The notes beneath the pieces were generated by a model. That model searched no databases and was not told the DNA's origin. It saw only the letters and a program-made list of their open reading frames with translations. Of a DNA stretch of 64,000 nt, positions 54,438 to 64,000 are shown in pieces. The DNA lies in the NCBI GenBank assembly GCA_963745035.1, contig CAVUVW010000023.1, positions 1 through 64,000 on the forward strand, written 5' to 3'. Position numbers and translations under genes: made by a program. The DNA comes from an uncultured delta proteobacterium (GTDB lineage Bacteria; Desulfobacterota; Binatia; UBA9968). Every line of letters starts with the position of its first letter. Within the stretch, counting starts at the first letter, position 1.

Positions 54438-55620
54438 ATGAAAACTTCCACCGACGCCACTACTCAAGCTCTGGTCTTCTCAGTCGTCGCCGCGGGTTTT
54501 ACGACGATCTACATCACCCAACCGGTACTACCAGTTATCCGGGATGAATTCGGTGTAGACGCTAACAACCGCTTCTTTAACCGTGTCGATGGTCATCTTG
54601 GGGATCGCGCTGGCGAATCTTCCCTTCGGCATGCTCGCCGACCGCTCAGCGATCAAGCCGATTATCCTAGCCGGCGGAACCGTCGTGAGCGCCGCCAATC
54701 TCTTTTGCGCGGTTACCGACAGCATTGTAGGGCTGATCATAGCGCGATTCGTGCAAGGCCTATTTATTCCTTCCCTGACCACGTGCATCGCCGCCTACCT
54801 GGCACGAAGCCTACCGATTGCGCGGCTTAATGTCGCGATGGGATCTTACGTAGCCGCCACAGTGGCGGGAGGACTGGGCGGTCGGCTGCTCGGCGGCTGG
54901 ATTCATCCACCACTACATTGGCGTTACGCATTTGTCAGCGCGGCCGCACTGCTGATCCTGGCTTCCATTGCCGCGTTGATTTGGCTGCCGGAAGAAAAGG
55001 CCAATGTGCAGGAACCGCAGCAGATCGGCTTCAGCGAGTTGCTTGTGCAGCCCGGGCTGGTTCGCATGCTCGTCGTTGGATTCGGCGGATTTTTCGTCTT
55101 CTCGTCGACTTTTAATTACCTGCCCTTTTATCTGTCGAGTCCGCCGTTCTCGGCGCCGACTGAAGTCATCACTCTTGTTTATCTGGCGTATTTAGTCGGC
55201 CTTGTAATGGGGCCTTTATCCGGCCGGATTAGCAACCAGATCGGCAGCGGCGCGACCATGATCGGTGGATCTCTCGTATTGATTGCCGCCGTGGCGGCTA
55301 CCCTGATTCAATCGCTAGCGGTGATTGCGACAAGCCTGGTTGCTCTCTGTGCCGGCTTTTTCTCCGTCCACTCCGCCGCCGTTGGCTTGCTGAACCGAAG
55401 ATTGATTACTAGCCGGGGCCGTGCCAATTCCCTGTACGTTCTGGCATATTACATTGGCGGTGCGGTAGGAATTACCGCTTGCGGCTACACGTATAATAGA
55501 TTTGCCTGGTCCGGTGTCGTGGCGTTGAGCATAGCCGTGCTGCTGTTGCCATTGGCGATCGGCCTAGTCGAAATCATGCAGGAACGCAAGCAGCATAGCT
55601 GGGTCAAGAGTTTGACATAA
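54438..55620 (+). CDS. MFS transporter (YnfM-like; frameshift ~54570)
   Basis: IYITQPVLP, GGLGGRLLGG, ANSLYVLAYYIG. Confidence 0.85.
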
Positions 55621-55756
55621 GGTCAGCAAGACGAGTTCGTTCCGAACGCCTCGGCTAGTCGCCTTTAACCCTGCACATAATTTTTACAGTGCGCGCTGAG
55701 CAGCTCTAATTTAGGTAGTGGTTCATTTGTGGTTTCTTGAATCGTACCCTCGGGAA

Positions 55757-55849
55757 AGATTCCTCGCGGAGTTTATCCTGAGTCCCACCGAAGGACTCGG
55801 AATGACATCAAAATACGCGAGCTGTCATCTCGAACGAAGTGAGAGATCT
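55757..55849. repeat. REP/RPE-like palindromic element
   Basis: agattcctcg...ctcggaatgaca / tgtcatctcgaacgaagtgagagatct. Confidence 0.6.
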
Positions 55850-55936
55850 TTCTTTAAATGAACCACCACCCTAATTTTGCTGCATTGAAATTCCAGCAGC
55901 CAGTCAATATGATCGTCTCATTGAGCAGGAGGCACT

Positions 55937-57409
55937 GTGGACACGATTTATTTCGTCGACACCACGATCCGCGACGGTCATCAAAGCCTGTGGGCGGAGA
56001 ACATGACCACTGGCATGATGTTACCAATCGCGAAGAACATGGACGCGCCGGGTTTGAAGGCATCGAACTGATTTCCGGCTCGCATCTCAAGAAAACCGTG
56101 CGCGAGCTCAAGGAGGATCCCTGGGAGCGGGTCAGGCTCGTTGCCAAAGAAATTACCCAAACGCCGCTGCGGGTCATCGCCGGCCGGGTCAACACTTTCG
56201 AATACAATCCGCCTTCCATGTACTGGCTCTTCATCGAGCGAATGTTTGCCAACGGCATTCGCGAAGCGCGCATCTCCGATGAATGGAACGATTACGAAGG
56301 ATGGAAATTTCGAGTCGGCGTCTGCCATGCCGTGGGCATGAAGACTATTTTAAATCTGATCTATTCGGTGTCGCCGAAACACACCGACGAATATTTCGCC
56401 GAACGGACCCGCCAAGCCGCGTCGCTTAAACCCTATCGTCTATGCCTCAAAGATCCCGGTGGACTGTTGACTCCCGAACGCATGCAAACGCTCGTGCCGA
56501 TAATTTTCAAGAATGCGGACGGAATCCCCGTCGAGCTCCATACTCACTGCACCACCGGATTGGGCCCGCTTTGCTGCATCAAAGGCATGAAGCTCGGTAT
56601 TCGGTCCATCAATACCGCGCTGCCGCCGCTGGCGGACGATACCTCCAATCCTTCCCTGTTCAATGTCGCCAAAAACGCCCGCGCTTTGGGCTATGCCACA
56701 GCCATCGACGAAGAAGTCTTGAAGCCGGTATCGAAAACACTTTACCGCCATCGCTAAGCGAGAAGGCTTTACCATCGGCGCGCCGGTGGAATACGACTAC
56801 ACCCAGTACCAGCATCAGGTTCCGGGCGGCATGCTTTCCAACCTGCGTCACCAATTGCGTAAGGTCGGCCTGGAACACCGATTCCCGGAGGCGCTTGAGG
56901 AATCGATCCGAGTGCGCGCGGAGTTCGGCTATCCGATCATGGTGACGCCGCTTTCGCAGTTCGTCGGCAGCCAGGCGGCGATCAATGTTATCGTTGGCGA
57001 GCGCTATAAAGAAGTCACCGACCAGGTGATCAAGTTCGCTCTCGGTCATGCCGGCGCGGAAGGCGCCCGCGACATGGACCCGAACGTCAAGGCCAAGATT
57101 CTCGATCGTCCTCGCGCCAAAGAATGGGCGCGCTGGCAGCCCGATGATCCGAGCGCCGACGACATGCGCAAGCGGCTCGATGCGGTAGGCGTTTCGGATG
57201 AAGAACTGTTGCTACGCTGGATCGTCGGCAAAGAAGACATCGACGCCATGCGCGCCAATCCGCGCCCGCTGGAATATCTGAATTCCGAACAGCCCCTGGT
57301 CAACCTGCTTCAGGAGTTATCCAAGCGTACCGACAGCCGTCAGATACACGTGCAAACACCTGCCTTCTCAATCACCCTGGAGAAGCGCGCCGAGACACGG
57401 CCATTGTGA
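55937..57409 (+). CDS. Pyruvate carboxylase B / OadA-like carboxyltransferase without biotinyl domain, paralog 1 (frameshifts)
   Basis: DTTIRDGHQSLW, LKDPGGLL, HTHCTTG, QVPGGM, MVTPLSQ. Confidence 0.85.
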
Positions 57410-57586
57410 TTCGTGTTCGTGGCTCGTGTTCGTTAACTCGGAACCGGTTGCTCGATTCCGCATCCATCGGCTTCGATGAGAGCACGCCGGCTGGTCTGTT
57501 GAAACCAGCCAGCAGCAGTGCCATAAGAAGGTAATTAAATTTTTTTGCCCGCAGTTGAGACGAGCAAACAAGGAGGATAGCAGATT

Positions 57587-58444
57587 ATGGCTAGAGACAT
57601 CGTCGCCATCGACGTTCATATTCATCTTTCCGACGAAACCACACAGAAAGCGAAAGGCTCGCGCACCGCGCAAATGGCCAAATACTTTGGTCGTGAACGA
57701 CCGCCGGTCTCCATCGATGAGTTGGCCGATCAGTATCGCGCGCGCAAAATGATGGCGGTGCTGATGAATACGCGAGACGAGACCGTCACCGGCTTAACCC
57801 CGGTGCCCAACGATCATGTCGCCAGTGCCGTCAAGAAACATCCTGACGTGTTCCTCGCCTTCGGCGCCATCGATCCTTGGACCGGCAAGCTGGCCCTGGA
57901 TGAGATTCGTCGATGCAAAGACTTGGGACTGCACGGCATGGGCGAGCTCAATCCGGCACGGCAACATTTTTTCGCTAACGACGTTCGCTTCTACCCGCTC
58001 TGGGAGGAATGCGCCAAGCTGAATATGCCGATTCTATTTCACGGCGGTATGGCGGCGGCAGGAGCCGGCACGCCGGGAGGCATGGGCATCAAACTAAAAT
58101 ACAGCCAGCCGATTTATCTGGACGAAGTCGCCGCCGATTTTCCCGAGTTGAAGATCATCAGCGCCCATCCGACCTGGCCGTGGACGGCGGAGAGTCTGGC
58201 GATCGCGCGCCACAAGGCCAATTACTTTATCGACCTGTCCGGTTGGGCGCCGAAATATTTCCCTGCCGAGCTACTGCATAACATCAACACTTTGCTTCAA
58301 GACAAGGCGATGTTCGGTTCAGACTGGCCGGCCATCGGCGTGGAGCGCTGGCTGGAGGAATTTCAGCAGGTCAATATGAAGCCGGAAGTGCGCAAGAAGA
58401 TTATGCTCGATAACGCAGTGAAGTTCTTCGGCTTAACTCTGTAG
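57587..58444 (+). CDS. Amidohydrolase_2, CouO-like (beta-ketoacyl-CoA hydrolase-like)
   Basis: IDVHIH, GIKLKYSQP, AHP.WPW, DLSGWAPKYFP, FGSDWP. Confidence 0.8.
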   Translation: MARDIVAIDVHIHLSDETTQKAKGSRTAQMAKYFGRERPPVSIDELADQYRARKMMAVLMNTRDETVTGLTPVPNDHVASAVKKHPDVFLAFGAIDPWTGKLALDEIRRCKDLGLHGMGELNPARQHFFANDVRFYPLWEECAKLNMPILFHGGMAAAGAGTPGGMGIKLKYSQPIYLDEVAADFPELKIISAHPTWPWTAESLAIARHKANYFIDLSGWAPKYFPAELLHNINTLLQDKAMFGSDWPAIGVERWLEEFQQVNMKPEVRKKIMLDNAVKFFGLTL

Positions 58445-58450
58445 AACAGA

Positions 58451-58535
58451 TTGGAGTGATGGAGTACTGGAGTATTGGAGTGCTCGGGCTCGGATAATCT
58501 CAAAACCATTACTCCAGCACTCGATTACTCCGATT
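58451..58535. repeat. Inverted TGGAGTA 8-nt repeat hairpin
   Basis: ttggagtgatggagtactggagtattggagtg ... ttactccagcactcgattactcc. Confidence 0.7.
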
Positions 58536-58544
58536 CATACGGCG

Positions 58545-60021
58545 ATGACTACTAACAACGACATCAAATTCGTCGATACCACAATCCGCGACGGCCATCA
58601 GAGCCTGTGGGCGGAAAATATGACCACCGGCATGATGCTGCCGGTGGCAGAGCGCATGGACCACGCGGGCTTCGATGCCATCGAATTGATCTCCAGTTCC
58701 CATTTGAAAAAGTGCGTGCGCGAGCTCAAGGAAGATCCATGGGCGCGGGTGAAGTTAATGAGCGAGCGCATTACGCGCACGCCCTTGCGGCTGAACGCCG
58801 GACGCTTCAGCGCCTTCGACATTACGCCAAAGTCGATGTACCGGCTGTTCATGGAACGCATGGCCGCTAACGGCATTCGCGAGGCGCGGATTTCCGAAGA
58901 GTGGAACGAGCTGGAAGGATGGCGCTGGAAAACTGAAGTCGCCCGAGAAGTCGGCATCAATCCTGTTCTTAACCTGATCTATTCGGTATCGCCCAAACAC
59001 ACCGATGAGTATTTCGCGCAAAGGACACGCGACGCCGCCTCACTTAAAGTCAACCGGCTGTGCCTTAAAGATCCCGGCGGCTTGCTCACGCCGGATCGGG
59101 TCAAAACTCTAGTGCCGATCGTGTTTGAAAACGCCAATGGCATCCCTGTCGAGTTGCACACCCACTGCACGACGGGGCTCGGCCCGCTTTGCTGTGTGGA
59201 AGCGGTCAAGCTCGGGATAAAGATCGTCAATACAGCTTTGCCGCCGTTGTCGGACGGTTCCTCGAATCCTTCGCTTTTCAATGTGGCAAAAAATCTCCGT
59301 GCGTTGGGCTATCAGACTCTCATCGATGAGGAGCTCTTGAAACCGGTTTCCCAACACTTCACTTTCATCGCCAAGCGCGAAGGGTTTCCCGATCGGCACT
59401 CCGGTGGAATATGATTACACCCAGTATCAGCATCAAGTGCCGGGCGGAATGATTTCCAATCTGCGCCATCAGCTGCGCAAGGTCGGACTAGAGCACAAGA
59501 TCGACCAAGCCCTGGAAGAGACGATGCAGGTACGCGCCGAGCTGGGCTATCCGATCATGGTGACGCCGCTGTCGCAGTTTGTCGGCAGCCAGGCCGCCAT
59601 CAACGTCATCGTCGGCGAGCGGTATAAGGAAGTCACCGATCAAATCATTCAATACGCTCTCGGTTACTGGGGGCGCGAAGGCGCTGAGTTGTTGGATCCT
59701 GACGTCAAAGCGAAAATATTGGATCGGCCGCGTGCCAAAGAATGGGCTCAGTGGCAACCGCCTGAACCGACAGTGGCCGAAGTGCGCAAGAAAATGAACG
59801 CCGAAGCTGTTTCCGACGAAGAGTTACTGTTGCGCTGGAATCTGAGCGTCGAAGAGATCGAAACCATGCGCGCCGCCGGCGCACCCAAGGAATACCTGAC
59901 GGCGCGCCAGCCGCTGGTAAATTTAATCGATGCCTTAAGCAAACGAAGCGATTACCGCCAAATCGTCATCCAGAAAGGCGAAATGGTTGTTTCCTTGAAC
60001 CGAGGCTCTGCTCCAGGTTGA
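58545..60021 (+). CDS. Carboxyltransferase paralog 2, no biotinyl domain (frameshift ~59395)
   Basis: Same motifs as paralog 1. Confidence 0.85.
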
Positions 60022-60137
60022 GCACTGCCTTCCTTCCGGAGAACTCTTTGGTTGTTCGTAGATTGTGAATGAATTGAGCCGGCGTTTAGTCCTTCTCTTC
60101 ACGACCACGATCACGTTTCACGAACACGATTGAAGCC

Positions 60138-60503
60138 ATGGAACGTTTTTTTTTCACCGCTGGTTCACTCGCAGCATTTTTGGGCGTGGCGCTCGGCGCC
60201 TTTGCCGCGCATGGGTTAAAAACCCGGCTTACACCGGACATGCTCGATATTTTTGAAACCGGCGTCCGCTATCAGATGTACCATGCGTTCGGACTTTTCA
60301 TCGTAGCCTGGGCATCATCGCGCTGGCCGGAAAGCAATTTCAATGCAGCAGGCTGGTGCTTCATTGTCGGCATCCTGGTTTTTTCAGGAAGTCTTTACGT
60401 TCTGAGTTTAACCGGCGTTCGCTGGCTTGGCGCGATCACACCCGCCGGCGGTGTCGCCTTTCTCATCGGCTGGGCCATCCTGGTCTGGACCAGCGCGCGC
60501 TAG
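60138..60503 (+). CDS. DUF423 membrane protein
   Basis: GAFAAHGL, YQMYHA, FSGSLY, GAITPAGG. Confidence 0.9.
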   Translation: MERFFFTAGSLAAFLGVALGAFAAHGLKTRLTPDMLDIFETGVRYQMYHAFGLFIVAWASSRWPESNFNAAGWCFIVGILVFSGSLYVLSLTGVRWLGAITPAGGVAFLIGWAILVWTSAR

Positions 60504-60604
60504 TCGTACTCCGGACTTCGTCAGTTCAACTGTTCAACCGTTCAAAAGTTCAAAACTATGCTGGCGCGCGAGACCTTGCTGACGTTTAGTGAAAGACGCT
60601 TTCA

Positions 60605-60730
60605 GCAGGCTGCTCAAAAGGATCTCAGAGGCAAGGCGCGCGAGTTCGATGGGCTGAGGCGTACGTTCCAGTACGTTGAAGCGAGTCGGGCAAGCGCAAC
60701 GAAGCATATGAGTCCTTTTCAGCAGCCTGC
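60605..60730. mobile_element. MITE-like element with 18-bp terminal inverted repeats
   Basis: gcaggctgctcaaaagga ... tccttttcagcagcctgc (17/18 match); internal cgtac..gtacg dyad. Confidence 0.7.
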
Positions 60731-60781
60731 CACTGAAGCGCTACGTTGACTCTCCACATGCCTTAAAGTACCTTGCACGTG

Positions 60782-61900
60782 ATGATCATCGGCGTGCCGA
60801 AAGAGATCAAAACAGAAGAAAATCGCGTCGCAGTCACACCCACCGGTGTAGCCGGCTTCACCTCTCGCAATCATAAAGTGTTGGTCGAAAGAGGGGCCGG
60901 CGTAGGCAGCGCGCTCAGCGATCGCGCCTACGAGAGTGCCGGCGCGACGCTTGTCGACTCGGCAAAACAGGTATGGGAGCAGTCCGACTTGGTCATGAAG
61001 GTTAAAGAGCCGCAGGCTTCGGAATTTCCCTGGTTGCGTCCAGGCCTGATTCTTTTCACGTATCTTCATCTCGCCGCCGAAGAAGCAGTCACGCGCGCGC
61101 TGCTCGATCGAAAGATAACGGCAATTGCGTACGAAACGATTCAACTCGAAGACGGTTCGCTGCCGCTGTTGACGCCGATGAGTGAAATCGCCGGGCGCCT
61201 TTCCATCCAAGTAGGCGCCTGGTGCTTGCAGGCGGAGAACAGCGGGCGTGGCGTACTTCTCGGTGGCGCCTCCGGCGTGCGTCCGGGAAAAGTCGTCATC
61301 CTTGGCGCCGGTATCGCCGGAACCGCAGCTTGCCAGGTGGCCACGGGCATGGGCGCATACGTCAGCATCCTCGATATCAATCCAACCAAGCTGCGCTATG
61401 TGCGCGACATGCTGGGCGGCCACGTCACAACTTTAATGTCCAATCGCGCCAATGTTGAAGAAGAAGTGCTCGATGCCGATCTGGTGGTCGGCTCGGTGCT
61501 GATTCCCGGCGCCAAAGCGCCCAAGCTTATTTCTCGCTCGCTGGTGTCGCGTATGAAGCCCGGCGCGGCGTTCGTCGATATAGCCATCGATCAGGGCGGC
61601 TGTGCCGAAACGTCCCGCCCAACGACACACCGGCAGCCGATTTATGTCGAAGAAGAAGTCGTCCATTACTGCGTGACCAATATGCCGGCCATCGTTCCGC
61701 ATACTTCAACCTATGCACTGACGAACTCAACGCTCTCCTATGGTCTAGAGCTCGCCAATCGCGGTTTTCCTCAGGCGCTGGCGCGGAATCGAGCTTTGGC
61801 CAAAGGTCTCAACACCTTTGCCGGTAAAGTGACGCATGAAGGAGTCGCGGCGGCATTCAACCTTCCTTTATTGCCGGTCGAGGAGGTCGTTCGGGCATGA
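60782..61900 (+). CDS. ald: Alanine dehydrogenase
   Basis: IGVPKEIK.EENRV, KVKEP, PMSEIAGR, DIAIDQGGC.ETS, YCVTNMP. Confidence 0.95.
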   Translation: MIIGVPKEIKTEENRVAVTPTGVAGFTSRNHKVLVERGAGVGSALSDRAYESAGATLVDSAKQVWEQSDLVMKVKEPQASEFPWLRPGLILFTYLHLAAEEAVTRALLDRKITAIAYETIQLEDGSLPLLTPMSEIAGRLSIQVGAWCLQAENSGRGVLLGGASGVRPGKVVILGAGIAGTAACQVATGMGAYVSILDINPTKLRYVRDMLGGHVTTLMSNRANVEEEVLDADLVVGSVLIPGAKAPKLISRSLVSRMKPGAAFVDIAIDQGGCAETSRPTTHRQPIYVEEEVVHYCVTNMPAIVPHTSTYALTNSTLSYGLELANRGFPQALARNRALAKGLNTFAGKVTHEGVAAAFNLPLLPVEEVVRA

Positions 61901-62887
61901 GATTAGTCACACGGGCGGACTTCGATGGACTGGTCTGCGGCGCGTTGCTAACGAAGTTCGAGCCCATCGATTCGTATCTATTCGTCGAGCCAAAATTCAT
62001 GCAGGACGGCTTAGTCGATATTCGCGCAGGCGATATCATCGCCAATCTGCCCTACCATCCAAACTGTACTCTCTGGTTCGATCACCACATCACCAACACA
62101 ACGCCGGATTTTCGCAATCCGATTATGCTCGGTAAAGGCGGGTTTCGTTTGGCGCCGAGCGCGGCCCGCGTCGTTTATGAGTACTACACAGAATTGGGCA
62201 TGACGCACGACGGGGCCGATTGTCGCAGGGGCGGCGCAGGCTACTGCTGCGCCTGACTCCTGCGAGATGCTGCAGTTCTTGAATACCGACCGTATCAAAT
62301 ATCTGCTCCACGAAACCGACCGAATCGATGCCGGCAAGCTGGAGCCGCAAGATGTACTGGATCCTCAGGGCTATGTGCTGATTTCCATGACCACTGATGG
62401 GCGAAACGCCGGCGATGAGCCCTACTGGCTGAGAATTATTGAATTACTGCGTGACGCTTCGCTGGAAGAAGTCTTGAGCGATCCGGAGGTCAGCCGGCGT
62501 TGCCGGCAGATTCGTGACGAGCAGGAACAACTACGAAAAATATTGCTCGCAAGAACGACGCTTAAAGGTAACGTGATCTATGTGGACGTGCGCGGCATCG
62601 AGGAGATCCCGGATGGCAATCGGTTTTTGATCTTCACTCTGTTCCCGCAAGGCAATATTCAAGTCAAGGTCGCTGATGACAAACAAAGAGAAAACACGAC
62701 GAGCATTTCGGTTGGCTATAATATCTTCAACACGACTTCCAACGTAAATGTCGGCGAACTGTTGAGTCATTACGGCGGCGGTGGGCATAGAGTCGTCGGC
62801 TCCTGCCGCGTTCCCAACGAGCAAGCTGAGCAAGCGATTCGTGAGATCCTCGCCGCGGTGACCGAGTCGGAAGGCGATAAGCATTAG
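61897..62887 (+). CDS. DHH-family phosphoesterase (nanoRNase/exopolyphosphatase-like; frameshift)
   Basis: RLVTRADFDG, FDHH, SAARVV, GGGGH. Confidence 0.85.
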
Positions 62888-62967
62888 GCGACAAGTTTAA
62901 ACCGTGCCGCGTTGCCTCTCTAATTAAGTGAGTCGCCTAGTGGCTATTGCCTATTTGCCCAAACGCA

Positions 62968-63297
62968 ATGAGAATCGTTAAGATATCAGCGGCGCTTAAG
63001 CGTTTAAGAAAGATCAACGACGAAATCCGCTATGCAAGCTGTGTTGAAGAAAAAAACTTCACCAGCGGCCTGATCGCTTTCAAACGGACAAAGAAGTCGA
63101 ACCCCAAGCAGATCACCCACGACGATAAGGACGTCGTTTGCCATGTACTGCAGGGTTCCGGCAGGTTGATTGTTGACCGGCGTCGTTTTCAGCTTCGTCC
63201 AGGTACGGTATGCCACATCCCTAAAGGAACGCCGCACGATTTCGCTGCCGGAATGAGCGGCGAACTCGTGCTTTTCTACTCGTTAATAAAAAGCTGA
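62968..63297 (+). CDS. Cupin domain protein
   Basis: THDDKD.VCHVLQGSG...IPKGTPH. Confidence 0.8.
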   Translation: MRIVKISAALKRLRKINDEIRYASCVEEKNFTSGLIAFKRTKKSNPKQITHDDKDVVCHVLQGSGRLIVDRRRFQLRPGTVCHIPKGTPHDFAAGMSGELVLFYSLIKS

Positions 63298-63315
63298 TGA
63301 AACTCAACTCCCGAC

Positions 63316-64000
63316 CTATTTCTCGAGATGGTAGAAAGCTACTTCCAGCGGGCGGATCTGACTCGCGGCTCGCCGTTGTCGATGCGGCGTAGACCCTGTG
63401 AATGACCCTTTCTCTTTCACTTCGGGGCAAGCAGTCCCTGACTGATAACAGTCAGGGTATAATTGAGCCTGGTTTGCACTTGAACTCACTGGGCTCATTC
63501 GATGCAGCTCGGTGAGACGAGTCGCATCTTTAGTGTTCCTAACGAGCACCGCCTGAATCGCAGTTGGCATCTTGAAGGAACCTTTGCATCGCCACTCTCT
63601 CTCATGTAACCAACTAATCCAGCCATCATCTGTTACTTCGAATCGTACGACGCGCCAGAGTTCGTCCTTTGGAATGCCAAGCTTCTTTGTCTCATCATTA
63701 GAAAGGTAGAGAACGGGACGGCATCCTCTTCCATATGCATAACGCTTAGTGATGACTAAGCCACAGGGCTCATAACGTGGCTTCTGTGGATCGGCGTTTT
63801 CCGGTGTGAGGACGTATTTTAGGACCTGAAACGGAATGTCCATAAAGCACGTTGCATTGTTGGGACCCTTGATGAACCCTTTCGACGAGTCACTACCAAA
63901 AATTTCACCAGTCTGGAGAATGCTGACACGATTATCAAAAGCTGAATAGCCGTCTGCTGCCTTAGTATTTTTGGTGACGAATCAGGTACGGACTCAAGTC
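63316..64000 (-). CDS. AbiGi/DUF2971-like (ADP-ribosyltransferase-fold-like) protein, 5' truncated
   Basis: DLSPYLI.., SIL..GEI, TCFMDIP, Y...GL...K, G.RPVLY, WLHEREWR; lower GC. Confidence 0.55.

Noticed and set aside
248-63900. Widespread pseudogenisation or programmed frameshifting
   Set aside because: Indels hit core genes (fabI, gcvT, gcvPA) indiscriminately with essentially no nonsense decay, as expected from long-read errors.

Overview
This window looks like a raw or unpolished long-read sequence. It starts with a nanopore-adapter-like stretch (1-41), has many single-base indel frameshifts, and appears to join two genomes near 24.7 kb. The left part (1-~24,700) is very GC-rich, roughly 70% by eye, and Acidobacteria/Vicinamibacterales-like. 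It carries fabI, nagA, queC/queD, a deoxyhypusine-synthase-like gene and an S41 protease. It also holds two candidate novel modules. One is a sigma54 activator followed by a secreted subtilase with DNIVWGT peptide repeats, translationally coupled to a membrane HD-GYP/GAF/GGDEF protein. The other is a porin + CuA cupredoxin + di-heme (DHOR) operon whose promoter is overlapped by an MntR-type operator. The right part (~24,700-64,000) is roughly 55% GC and resembles Deltaproteobacteria/Binatia. It holds folD-gcvT-gcvH-gcvPA-gcvPB with a 57-bp tandem array of chimeric mini-ORFs between gcvH and gcvPA. It also has aromatic/organic-acid catabolic clusters, an intact IS481 with a 6-bp target-site duplication, orphan NMT1/SsuA-type binding proteins, two carboxyltransferase-only paralogs, ald, a DHH phosphoesterase and a low-GC AbiGi/ART-like gene at the edge. 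Taxonomy, GC values and family calls come from recognition by eye, not database searches. Coordinates of frameshifted genes are approximate.
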